DNA of 64,000 nucleotides from Candidatus Binatia bacterium (GTDB lineage: Bacteria; Desulfobacterota; Binatia; Bin18): positions 3,980,538 through 4,044,537 of the forward strand of contig OZ246887.1 of the NCBI GenBank assembly GCA_965231765.1, written 5' to 3'. The notes under the pieces are model-generated. The model worked only from the letters and a program-made list of their open reading frames with translations, was not told the origin of the DNA and ran no database searches. A program made the translations under genes and the position numbers. Positions 38,414 through 47,053 of this stretch are shown here, piece after piece; the first letter of the stretch is position 1, and the number at the start of each line of letters is the position of its first letter.

Positions 38414-40016
38414 CGCCGCCAGGTTTTTCGGTCCGGCCGCCCGGCGGCCCGATGATGACGATAGCAGCACCGAGGATACGCCGCCCAGCGTGACCGGCCC
38501 CACCCACGTCGAGTACGCCGAGAACGCCACCCAGCCCGTGGCCGAGTACACAGCCACCAACCTCCCCACCCCCACCTGGCGCGTGACCGGCCCCGACGCC
38601 GGCGCCTTTGCCATAAGTCCCAGCGGCGTCCTCCGCTTCACCCGCCCACCCGACTACGAGGCGCCCACCGACACTGACCGGGACAACCGCTATACGATCA
38701 CCGTCCACGCCGCCCCTGGGACCACCCCCGCCCAGCTCGCCGTGACCATCACCGTCACCGACGTGGGCGAGCACGGCTTTGATAGCAGCGGCGCGCCGTG
38801 CGCGGCCGACCGGCACGGCGGGAGCCCCGCCCAAGCGACCGTGCTGCCCCTGCCCGCGCTCCTGGCCGGTGCCATCTGCCCAGCCGACGACCAGGATTAC
38901 TTTCAGGTCCACGTCCCCCGCGCGGGCCGCGTCTTTGTGCAGACCTTCGGTCGGACCCCGACCGGCGTGACCGTCTGGCAAGACGGCGTGGCACGCGACC
39001 AGATCGCGCCCAGCAATGACTGGCACAACTTCCGGCTCAGCGTGCCCGTCCAGGCCGGACCGGTTGTCATAATCGTCCAGGGGACGGGCACCACCACGGT
39101 GCGGTATGAGCTGGCCGTGACCTTTGTCGCTGGGGTGGTGGAGAATCCGGCCCCGGCGTCCTTCCAGAGTGGCATTGGGGTGATCTCCGGCTGGGTGTGT
39201 GACGCCGAGACTGTCGAGATCGTCCTGGACGCGGGACCGCCCTTGATGGCGGCGTATGGCACGAGTCGGGCCGACACCGCGTCCGCGTGTGGCGACACCG
39301 ACAACGGCTTTGGGCTGCTCTTCAACTGGAATCTGCTCGGGGACGGCGAGCATACCGTCGTCACGCGCGTCGATGGCGTCGAGCTGGACTGGACCACGGT
39401 GACGGTGACCACGCTGGGCGCGGAGTTTCTGCGCGACGTAGCGGGCACGTGTATCCGGGAGCACTTTCCGGCGCCGGGTGAGACGGTCCGCCTGAGCTGG
39501 CAGGAAGCCCAGCAGAACTTTGTCATAACGGATGGGGCTGCACCGCCCGCCGACAGCCCGGCCGGGCCGCGTCCTGCCTCCAGCCTGCCCGGCGTGCTGG
39601 AGAATCCGGCCCCCACCTCCTTCCAGAGTGGCATTGGGGTCATCTCCGGCTGGGTGTGCGACGCCGAGGAGGTGGTGATCGAGATTGACGAGATGCCGCT
39701 GGATGCGGCGTATGGCACAAGCCGGGCCGATAGGGCGGCCGTGTGTGGCGACACCGACAACGGCTTTGGGCTGTTGTTCAACTGGAATATGCTCGGAGAC
39801 GGGGAACATACGGCCGTCGCCTGGGTCGATGGCGTGGAACTCGGCCGGGCCACGGTGACGGTGAGCACGCTGGGCGAGGAGTTTGTGCGGGGGGCGGCGG
39901 GCCGGTGTGTGCGGGAAGACTTTCCGACGCCAGGGGAGACGGTCAGCCTGAGCTGGCAGGAAGCCCAGCAGAACTTCGTGTTGGCCCCGCTCCCGCAGAG
40001 CAACGGCGGCCCGTAA
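38352..40016 (+). CDS. Large probably secreted protein: cadherin-like domain + pre-peptidase C-terminal (PPC)-like domain + two tandem copies of a novel ~150-aa domain
   Basis: TWRVTGPDAGAFAISPSGVLRFTRPPDYEAPTDTDRDNRYTITVHA (cadherin-like/He_PIG pattern). DQDYFQVHVPRAGRVFVQTFG...VWQDG (PPC-like). Then ENPAPxSFQSGIGVISGWVCDAE...CGDTDNGFGLLFNWNxLGDGEHT...TLGxEFxR...PGETVxLSWQEAQQNFV twice. Start uncertain (overlaps methyltransferase 5' end; weak signal-peptide-like N-terminus). Confidence 0.6.
   Translation: MRKLSMMPCWTRATIGTICSIAARFFGPAARRPDDDDSSTEDTPPSVTGPTHVEYAENATQPVAEYTATNLPTPTWRVTGPDAGAFAISPSGVLRFTRPPDYEAPTDTDRDNRYTITVHAAPGTTPAQLAVTITVTDVGEHGFDSSGAPCAADRHGGSPAQATVLPLPALLAGAICPADDQDYFQVHVPRAGRVFVQTFGRTPTGVTVWQDGVARDQIAPSNDWHNFRLSVPVQAGPVVIIVQGTGTTTVRYELAVTFVAGVVENPAPASFQSGIGVISGWVCDAETVEIVLDAGPPLMAAYGTSRADTASACGDTDNGFGLLFNWNLLGDGEHTVVTRVDGVELDWTTVTVTTLGAEFLRDVAGTCIREHFPAPGETVRLSWQEAQQNFVITDGAAPPADSPAGPRPASSLPGVLENPAPTSFQSGIGVISGWVCDAEEVVIEIDEMPLDAAYGTSRADRAAVCGDTDNGFGLLFNWNMLGDGEHTAVAWVDGVELGRATVTVSTLGEEFVRGAAGRCVREDFPTPGETVSLSWQEAQQNFVLAPLPQSNGGP
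39141..40013 (+). repeat. Intragenic tandem duplication, period 459 bp (copy 1 39141-39599, copy 2 39600-40013), about 90% nucleotide identity at the 5' end
   Basis: gagaatccggccccggcgtccttccagagtggcattggggtgatctccggctgggtgtgtgacgccgag versus gagaatccggcccccacctccttccagagtggcattggggtcatctccggctgggtgtgcgacgccgag. Encodes the two protein repeats. Confidence 0.85.
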
Positions 40017-40293
40017 GCGGCTAGGGGCGCCAGCGCCGTGTATTGGCACCTCAAGCAGAGCTCTCAGAAGCTGGGCCTCGCCCGGCAGGCGGACCGGGTG
40101 CGGGTGGTGGTGTCGGTCCCCGCGGTCGGCTGACCTGTGTCCTGACGGCGGGGGACTAAGCCGAGCGCGCCGGCCGCTGCCCCGCCTCGGTGCCCCACCC
40201 GCGCCCAACGTTGACACTTTGTCCCTTATCGGACGGAGCAGGCTGAACGGCCGTGGACAGGTGGAGGAAAATCAGGGCCTCGGTCCTGCGCAC

Positions 40294-40806
40294 TTACGAC
40301 GGGGGCATTGCCACGAAGTCCACGTCCGAGAGAATTTCTAAGCCCTTTTCCTCTTCGAGTACATTGGCCAAGAGGTAGAGATCCCTTGCGTGCGTCCCGA
40401 GCCTCTTGTGTCGCCACACTCGACACCTCACCCCATTTAGCACTCCGTGGGCATCACCATAGTCCTGCTCACCGATACCATAGAACAAGAGAGTGTTCCC
40501 GCCGTACATCCAGTCCGCCTGGAAGACAGGAGGATGCTCCGACAGGAACTTCTCGAAGGCCACTAGCTCATCGCCCTCGGCGCTCATGCCTGCAGGTTGC
40601 GGCACGTTCGCGACGACGAGCTTGAGAGAAGATGGAATCAGTCCCCAATCCCCATGATTGTCATTGCCGGGTTCGCGGACGCCGTACTTCACATCTCCCC
40701 CCAGGCGTCTAAGCCGTTCGTGTCTGGAGAAGAAGGGATAGGTCTTGATGAGTGCGCGCGCAATCTCCGGCAAGAATATCGGATAGGGAGTTTGCGATTT
40801 GAGCAA
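40294..40806 (-). CDS. Hypothetical protein (170 aa) in high-GC island
   Basis: Protein-like composition with no recognised motifs. Co-oriented downstream of hicAB. Could be spurious in this GC-rich context. Confidence 0.35.
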   Translation of the reverse strand: MLKSQTPYPIFLPEIARALIKTYPFFSRHERLRRLGGDVKYGVREPGNDNHGDWGLIPSSLKLVVANVPQPAGMSAEGDELVAFEKFLSEHPPVFQADWMYGGNTLLFYGIGEQDYGDAHGVLNGVRCRVWRHKRLGTHARDLYLLANVLEEEKGLEILSDVDFVAMPPS

Positions 40807-40911
40807 GTTCCGCAGCTATAACCAGCAGATGCAAAGCAGGCATCAATTCGATGAGGATTCTGCTAAACGGTGCTCCAGCGAGAGCGGCAAGCCCCGCATC
40901 GGGCGCGTTCT

Positions 40912-41340
40912 TCACGCCGTCTGGGACGCCACGATGAGTTCCTGGCCGAAGGCCCGCAGGGCCGTGTGCAGGCGGGTGGCCGCCGTGTGGTGACGCGGAT
41001 CGAGCCAGCGCCGGACGACTTTTTCATTGACGCCCAGGTGGGCCGCCACGGCCAGGCGCGACAGCCCGCTCGCACGGAAGGCGAGGACGAACGCGGCTTT
41101 CGCGGCCATGTCGGGGGGCACGGCAATGCGTCGCTCACCGGCGTGTAGCCGGCTCGGTACTGGAATCGGCTCGTTGTCGTCAATGCGGCCGGCGATGGCT
41201 TCCTCAAGCGCATCGCCCGCTTCTCGCAGGGCCTCGGCCTCGTCGGCCCCCGAGGTGAGACACTCAGGGAGATCCCGAAACGAGACAAGAACGGCACCCG
41301 AACTATCAGACTGCAACCGGGCGGGATAGCGGAACTGCAT
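40912..41340 (-). CDS. hicB: Type II toxin-antitoxin system HicB-family antitoxin (RNase-H-like N-domain + C-terminal HTH)
   Basis: Start ATG 41340 after AGGAGGAAAAGGAG. MQFRYPARLQSDSSGAVLVSFRDLPECLTSGADEAEALREAGDALEEAIAGRIDDNEPIPVPS = canonical HicB N-domain. C-terminal AAHLGVNEKVVRRWL HTH. The listed 41526 start is upstream read-through. Confidence 0.8.
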   Translation of the reverse strand: MQFRYPARLQSDSSGAVLVSFRDLPECLTSGADEAEALREAGDALEEAIAGRIDDNEPIPVPSRLHAGERRIAVPPDMAAKAAFVLAFRASGLSRLAVAAHLGVNEKVVRRWLDPRHHTAATRLHTALRAFGQELIVASQTA

Positions 41341-41359
41341 GCAACGCTCCTTTTCCTCC

Positions 41360-41611
41360 TCACCGGAAATTGCGGCGAGAGAGACCAAGCTGACGGATTG
41401 TGGCGGACAGGAGACCGGGGGCGACTTCTTTGCGGAGGTCTTTGACGACGGTCTTGCGCGTGCCGTAGTAGAGCGTGACGTGGCTCCCCTTGCCGCGTTT
41501 CGGTTCCACGCGGACGGGTATGGCACGTTCTGCGCCCAGCTCGCTTACGCGCTTCACGAATTCCCTGCCTTTGATAGCGTTCGATATAGGACAAAAGTGT
41601 CCGAATAGCAA
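41360..41611 (-). CDS. hicA: Type II toxin-antitoxin system HicA-family toxin (YcfA-like mRNA interferase)
   Basis: IKGREFVKRVSELGAERAIPVRVEPKRGKGSHVTLYYGTRKTVVKDLRKEVAPGLLSATIRQLGL matches HicA dsRBD-like fold incl. catalytic GSH. 19-nt gap to hicB with RBS. Confidence 0.75.
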   Translation of the reverse strand: MLFGHFCPISNAIKGREFVKRVSELGAERAIPVRVEPKRGKGSHVTLYYGTRKTVVKDLRKEVAPGLLSATIRQLGLSRRNFR

Positions 41612-42263
41612 CAGCGGTCTGGTCAGACTCCCGGAAGAACACCCAGCGCGGTCCTCCAGACAACCCGATGGTACACCCTCCCTCGATCAGGTTGCGGCCG
41701 CGCTGAACAGGGTGCGAGTGAACGGGTCGGCGGGCCGAAGCTGCTTCCGTTCAGGATGGGGGAAACAGTGAGAACGGGCCGCTCTGGCCGGGCCGGGCGA
41801 CTGGGATGCGTGTCAGCTGCAAGGTCCCATTTTGCAGCTAGGTCAGTGAGTATTCCCGACACAGATTTCCGCGACGGGTAAATAGAACACATTTCCCCGT
41901 CTCAGCCCCCCGGCCCATCGTACCGGTGTCTCACAAAACCCCCGTTTGACAAGACACAGGGCAGGTGCCGCGCCGCCCAAACCCTTGAAGCAAAAGCCCA
42001 TCAGCAGAGGCCGCAAGAGCCGCGCCGAGGGGACCCGGCCCCGCTCTGCGGCATCTTTCGGCGTCGCGCCTCCTCTCTTCGTTCGTCCGCCCCACGCCAG
42101 ATCATGCCCCGACCAAGCCGCCCACCCCCCTCGGCTCTGTAGGTACGGGTCCAGCTCTGTCCGGGGAGCGCCTCGCTCCGCCCTTGTGAAAGCCAATTGG
42201 TCCCGTAGAGAAACTGGTATATGGTAGTCTATCTCGTTTCTGTTAGCGCTTCCGTGGAGGTTA

Positions 42264-43382
42264 TTGCGTCCCGTGTCATCGCCAACGATTCTGCCCGCCC
42301 GGCTCCCGTGCCTGTGCCTGCTCGTGGCGTTGAGCACTCTGGCGTCCGGCTGTCTGGCGACATTCGGGCCGCGGGCCCTCAAGCGCACGCATCCCGCTTA
42401 CAACGAAGCCATTATCGCTTCAATCAATGAGCAGATGCTCCAGAATCTGGTCCGGATGCGGTACCGGGATGTCACGTTTTTTCTGGAAATCGGCAGCGTC
42501 ACGACGAGTTTGTCCCTGCAGGCCAGTGCCGGGGTCGACGGCACGCTGAATTTCGGCAGCCAGGATTCTCTGCGCCCCGGCGTCGGGATTGGCTATGCCG
42601 ATAACCCGACCATCTCCTACACCCCGTTACAGGGGGAAAACCTGTTGAAGAGCCTGCTCAGCCCCCTGCAACTCGAAGCCATTCTGGTGCTGACCCAGTC
42701 CGGGTGGAATATCGCCCGGGTGTTCGGCTTGTGTTTTGAACGGATCAACCACCTGTACAATGCCCCCAACGCCTCCGGACCGACCCCGCAACTGGAGCCG
42801 GACTATGCCCAATTCAACCTCCTCCTCGAAGCGCTGTCCAGGTTACAAAGGCGCCAGCTCATCGAAATCGGCAGAAAGGAAGGCTCCTCTCAGATCACCG
42901 TGAGGTTGGTCACACAGGATGCGGACTACCGCGAGGACATCGACCGCGTCTATGCGCTGCTCCACCTCGACCGGGCGGCCGAGGATTTTGAGCTGAGTAC
43001 GGATTTCCTGAATCTTCAGGCGCAAGAGACGCAGTGGGTGGTCCGCCCCCGCTCCATCTCCGGCCTGCTGTATTATCTCTCCCAGACGGTGGACACCCCG
43101 GAGCAGCATCAGTCCGCCGGCCTAGTGACCGTCACCACATCGAAAACCGGGGGCATCTTCGACTGGACGAAGACGCCTGCGGGCCGCCGATTCAAAGTCA
43201 GGACCCAGGCCGAACGGCCTGAGAACGCCTATATTGCGACCTACTATCGCGGCCGCTGGTTTTATATCGAAGACACCGACCTGGAATCCAAATCGACCTT
43301 TATGCTGCTGCGCCAACTGTTTGACCTACAAGCGGGACAGACCAAATCCCAGGGGCCGACCCTGACTCTGCCTGTCAGATGA
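42264..43382 (+). CDS. Predicted lipoprotein, hypothetical (372 aa)
   Basis: Signal peptide ...LPCLCLLVALSTLASGC (lipobox-like ASGC). Start TTG 42264 or GTG 42273 after GGAGG. Globular non-repetitive sequence, no family recognised. Confidence 0.55.
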   Translation: MRPVSSPTILPARLPCLCLLVALSTLASGCLATFGPRALKRTHPAYNEAIIASINEQMLQNLVRMRYRDVTFFLEIGSVTTSLSLQASAGVDGTLNFGSQDSLRPGVGIGYADNPTISYTPLQGENLLKSLLSPLQLEAILVLTQSGWNIARVFGLCFERINHLYNAPNASGPTPQLEPDYAQFNLLLEALSRLQRRQLIEIGRKEGSSQITVRLVTQDADYREDIDRVYALLHLDRAAEDFELSTDFLNLQAQETQWVVRPRSISGLLYYLSQTVDTPEQHQSAGLVTVTTSKTGGIFDWTKTPAGRRFKVRTQAERPENAYIATYYRGRWFYIEDTDLESKSTFMLLRQLFDLQAGQTKSQGPTLTLPVR

Positions 43383-43617
43383 TGTCAGCAGCGCCGCCCG
43401 GTCCGCTCCGAACCCTGACGGCCGAAGCATCTTCAGCAGCCAGGCGGGAGAGGCAAGCTGTGGCGGCGGAGCGCGCCCAGCAGCCGGAGATACGAGACAG
43501 ACGGGTAGGTGATCTTGAGCCCGAGAGTCATCACCACACCCCCACAGTTCCCCTAGACATACCCGCACAACACAGCAAATCAACCGGGCAGGCGGTGTGT
43601 GTGACGGTTTTACCAGA

Positions 43618-43651
43618 CTGTTTGTTAAAATCCGGGCCATTTAACAAACAG
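43618..43651. promoter_or_regulatory. Perfect 12-bp inverted repeat CTGTTTGTTAAA-n10-TTTAACAAACAG
   Basis: AT-rich palindrome in an otherwise high-GC intergenic region. 140 nt upstream of the HTH/TM gene. Followed by TGTCCA(A)CTGTG direct repeats at 43702-43772. Confidence 0.4.
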
Positions 43652-43791
43652 AAAGCCTGCCGGTCCCAGCGTTCCCAGCCTGTAACAGCCTGTCCACGCC
43701 GTGTATTTATCTGGACTGTCCAACTGTGCTAAGTGCTTGATTTTCCCGTGTCCACTGTGTGTGTCCAACTCTGTCCAGAGGAGGTGACGCT

Positions 43792-44463
43792 ATGCCTGCC
43801 AAAATCACCCCGGCTGCCACGTTGGCGCGGGTCCAGGAGCTGATCGACGCCGGCCACAGCTTCCGCCAGATCGCTGAAATTCTCGAATCTGAAGGCGTCC
43901 CGCCGGCCGGGCCCCGGAGCCGCTGGCATCATGCCAACGTCCGCTGGTGCTTGGATGAGCTGGAGCGCCAGAATGGGGCGGCGGCGGCGTGGGGCTTGAG
44001 TCCCGAGCTGCGCGTCCGGCTCGCGGCACAGGGCCAGGAGATTGAGGGACTGACGGTCGCCGCGCTGCAACGGCTGAGCACGAGCGTACAAGCCGCCGTC
44101 GAGGAGGAGCTGCATACCATCCGGAGCGAGACGGCCCGGCAGACCGCCGCCGTCCGCCGGAGCTTCGCCCGGCTGTGGATCTGGCTCGTGTATGCGGGCC
44201 TGGCGATATGCCTGGGGCTGGCCGGGGGCGGCTGGGGGATCGGGGTCTGGCTGACGAAGGACATCAAGGAGGCGCGAGCGGAGCTGGTCGCGATCGAGGC
44301 CGACATCAAGGATGGGAAGGAGATGCTGCGCCAACTCGACCAGAAGACTGGGGGGCTGGAGGTTGTGGAGACGGAGGAAGGGCGGTTGCTGATCTGGGCG
44401 CGGGGCGGCGAGCCGTATAAGACCAAGCGCGGCCGGTGGGCCGCGAAGCTCGGGGAAAAGTGA
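43792..44463 (+). CDS. Membrane-anchored protein with N-terminal resolvase-like HTH, one TM helix and C-terminal coiled coil (hypothetical)
   Basis: ATG 43792 after GAGGAGG. LARVQELIDAGHSFRQIAEILESEGVPP (HTH). LWIWLVYAGLAICLGLAGGGWGIGVWL (TM). Heptad-rich C-terminus. Confidence 0.5.
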   Translation: MPAKITPAATLARVQELIDAGHSFRQIAEILESEGVPPAGPRSRWHHANVRWCLDELERQNGAAAAWGLSPELRVRLAAQGQEIEGLTVAALQRLSTSVQAAVEEELHTIRSETARQTAAVRRSFARLWIWLVYAGLAICLGLAGGGWGIGVWLTKDIKEARAELVAIEADIKDGKEMLRQLDQKTGGLEVVETEEGRLLIWARGGEPYKTKRGRWAAKLGEK

Positions 44464-44739
44464 GCTTTACGGCGGCGGCTTGGGGGTGAGAAAATGTCCC
44501 CACTGTGAGTTTACCCTGCCCGGTTAGTCCCCCCTGCGGGTGCTAACTACCCCGCTTGCAGGGGCGTATTTCCTGGGGGTTTTGGGGGTGGCTGGAGCGT
44601 GGCGAAAAAGTCCAATGAAATCAAGGCAGAAACTTAACACAATAGAACATTATCAGACGTACTCACGCGGGTCGGGCGGGCGGGGTGGGCGGCGCTCGAT
44701 CCGGACGATAGCCGGGTGCAGCTGGCACAGGCGCAGCGT

Positions 44740-45558
44740 TCACTCCAATCTTTGGACCCAGCCCCCGTCAGTTCTACGCCGTAGGCGGCGAACGCGGGGG
44801 TCTTTTTCCGGCCGGCCGCGCCTCGGCGCCCGCGCGGCCCTGACCGGGAGGGCCGTCGCTACTGGCAGCGGCGCTGGGCGCAAGCCCGCCGAGGCGGGGG
44901 GATTCCATAGGTTCCCCAGCCCTAAGAAGGCGGCAAGCCGTTCCAGACCTAACGCCCACTTGGGCCTCACAACAAAGAGCTGAGTAAAGTAGTACATTCC
45001 GTCTGCGGCGCGGGCAACGCCAATTCCAGTCAGGTGGTAAGAGCCTTCCATATTGCGGCGGTGGCCGGGGCTTTGTAACCAATTAAACACCACGACGGGC
45101 GCAACCCGGGGGCGGGGTCCTATTGCTGCAACATTCTCACCCTCCCCCTTTGAAAAAATAAAATTCGCTATCTTTTCCCGGCGCAAGGCCATTCCGCCGT
45201 GGCCAAACCGGACCCGCCGGGTCGCCATATCCCGGCTATGGTGGCGGGCAATCTCCGAGATTTCCGGGCTGAGGGCTAACGGCGTGAGTCCGAGAGCCAC
45301 GCGATGGTCATTGACCAGCCGATGGACGTAGTGTTCGAGGGCGGCGTGGAGCTGCGGATCTGCATGGGCAGAGACGGTGAGGGCGGGGCTGGAGAGGCCG
45401 ACAACCAGCAGCCCCAGGGCAAACAGCCGGGGGCGTGACGTTGGGCCGGGGTGAAAACATGATTTTTTCGCAACACGTTCTAGCAAGCCTATTGTCCTCT
45501 CATTTCTAAACACACAACAGACCAAAACAGCACGCGACCTGGGATGGTTTAAGTGCAA
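44740..45558 (-). CDS. CAP/SCP/PR-1-like domain secreted protein
   Basis: HNxxR...HHSRDM...GENV...VVFNWLQSPGHRRNM...HLTGIGVARAADGMYYFTQLF = CAP-domain motifs. Signal peptide RPRLFALGLLVVGLSSPALTVSAHA. True start codon uncertain (non-ATG). Confidence 0.6.
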   Translation of the reverse strand: MHLNHPRSRAVLVCCVFRNERTIGLLERVAKKSCFHPGPTSRPRLFALGLLVVGLSSPALTVSAHADPQLHAALEHYVHRLVNDHRVALGLTPLALSPEISEIARHHSRDMATRRVRFGHGGMALRREKIANFIFSKGEGENVAAIGPRPRVAPVVVFNWLQSPGHRRNMEGSYHLTGIGVARAADGMYYFTQLFVVRPKWALGLERLAAFLGLGNLWNPPASAGLRPAPLPVATALPVRAARAPRRGRPEKDPRVRRLRRRTDGGWVQRLE

Positions 45559-45958
45559 TGGCGTTTTTCTGCTTTTTGCGGTAGGACCACCTGCGCCGAG
45601 ATAGGCCCTCGGCGGCCCATGGTTTCAGCACCGCATTTGTCCCTTGCTTTGGATGCGGGCTTGCCCGCTGGGGGCCGTTCTTCGGCTTCTCTATGTTCAG
45701 CTTGCCCCTACACGACTGGAGATAAGGAGAACGTCTGCTGCTGCGCGCCGCTGGATAGCTGCCGTTGATGCCGCTTGTGGACCGACCGCACAATGCCCGC
45801 GACCTCAGCCCCATCGAGCGGGGGCGCGGCCTGGATGGGGAAGGGCAGGGGTTGCTGTTCAAAAGCCGGAGGCTTGACGCGGGCCGCCGCGTTGATAAAA
45901 TTATGCCTCATCCAACCTCTGTTCCTGGTTCCTTGCCCAACCGGAGACCAGCATGCAG

Positions 45959-45999
45959 AAAAGCCGCTGACGTAAGATCCCAGCGGCTTTTCTGCGTTT
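45959..45999. terminator. Strong bidirectional rho-independent terminator-like hairpin
   Basis: aaaagccgctg-acgtaagatcc-cagcggctttt(ctgcgttt): 11-bp perfect stem, A-tract 5' and U-tract 3'. Sits in an 800-bp stretch (45.56-46.4 kb) with no convincing ORF. Confidence 0.5.
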
Positions 46000-46417
46000 C
46001 GGTTACTGACATAATACGGAATTATCGGACGCTCCAGGGCACGTCGGGCCTTGCACTCTTTGGTCAGACAACCGCAGGGGGGGAGACGTCGCCGCCAACC
46101 ATCACCGGACCGGCCCGCCGGACCCGCAGGGGACCGGTGAATTGGGGCCTGGCCAGCGCTCTCACTCTCCGCTCCCGCAGGCGGGTTCCTGCACCCGGGG
46201 CGGGCGCCTGGTTCCATGCCGGCGTCCCGTTCTCGCAGGCCTGATAGCTCCTCATGTGAGCCCTCTTGTCTCGTGCCCCTCAATCTGCGTCCAGCGCGGC
46301 GCGCCGAAGAACGGCGCGAGCTTGGGGTTGATCTCCAGTTGGTATTTCCGTGCTACTGTCTGTGGCTACTGAGTTGACACACAGGCCGTTCTCAGACGTA
46401 ATTTCGGGCCATGCCAG

Positions 46418-46921
46418 CTACCCGTCCTCTGGATCAAGTCCAAACACCGCCACGTTCTTCATGATCCACTCGCGCAACTCCTCCTCCGACTGTGCTTCCA
46501 GTTCTAGCCCTAGCATAAATTTGGCGGCTATACGCGATTGGAGCGGATGAGCTTTCAGAAAGCGTTGCACCTGCTCAGCCCCTTCCGCCCCAGACACATC
46601 GACTACCTTGGCCTTAAATTGTTGGCGGCCTATCTGTGCCTCAATGAAGGGGTGGGCTTCAATATTGCGGACCCAAGCCGAGCGCCGGCCCCAGCCCGGT
46701 TGGACGTAATAGCGCCTGGTCGTCGGGTCATGTCCGACTATATCCAGCATGACTGCGTGAGGTTTACCTGTCCGGCGGCCCTTGGTGGTGACTAAAATCC
46801 AGCGTTGGCCGAACAGCCGTTCGTAACCTGGCAGGCCAAGACGGTAGAGAGCGATGGGGAGGCGGAGAAACCACAGCAACAAACGACTTGGTGGATGAGG
46901 GGAGTATTCAGACATATACAC
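46418..46921 (-). CDS. DUF385 / nitroreductase-family deazaflavin(F420H2)-dependent oxidoreductase-like protein
   Basis: WILVTTKGRRTGKPHAVMLDIV...YYVQPGWGRRSAWVRNIEAHPFIEAQIG matches the DUF385 signature (TxGRxSGxxR...W..N..A.P.V). Confidence 0.65.
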   Translation of the reverse strand: MYMSEYSPHPPSRLLLWFLRLPIALYRLGLPGYERLFGQRWILVTTKGRRTGKPHAVMLDIVGHDPTTRRYYVQPGWGRRSAWVRNIEAHPFIEAQIGRQQFKAKVVDVSGAEGAEQVQRFLKAHPLQSRIAAKFMLGLELEAQSEEELREWIMKNVAVFGLDPEDG

Positions 46922-47053
46922 TCCGTTATGCTTGGTGGATTTCTTTCTATTAGCATGCCTATTGCGTGTCGGGAATCGATGTCACCCGGTCAGGGCCGCG
47001 CAGTAGCAAATCCACCTGAGCTATGCTCTAATCCCTCCCCGAGGAGAGCTATT

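Noticed and set aside
38364-40217. 617-aa and 383-aa minus-strand ORFs (38364-40217, 38903-40054) rich in Arg/Pro/Gly
   Set aside because: Antisense to the well-structured repeat-protein gene in a 70% GC region. Low-complexity composition typical of GC-driven spurious ORFs.
40863-41663. 266-aa minus-strand ORF covering hicA/hicB in another frame, and extended 204-aa version of hicB
   Set aside because: The HicB N-domain begins exactly at an internal ATG with a strong RBS, and HicA occupies the upstream part in a different frame. The long ORFs are read-through artefacts.
41623-42388. 89-aa and 181-aa minus-strand ORFs between hicA and the lipoprotein gene
   Set aside because: No RBS, low-complexity, in a 640-bp high-GC spacer. 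Judged non-coding.
43929-44426. Minus-strand 165-aa and 74-aa ORFs opposite the HTH-TM gene, plus overlapping ORFs at 44175-44503
   Set aside because: Low-complexity S/A/P-rich products in the high-GC island. The plus-strand gene has RBS, HTH and TM features.
45708-46283. Overlapping ORFs 45708-46283 (-) and 45765-46244 (+)
   Set aside because: Each runs through the strong bidirectional terminator hairpin at 45959-45999. Arg/Gly/Pro-rich, no motif.
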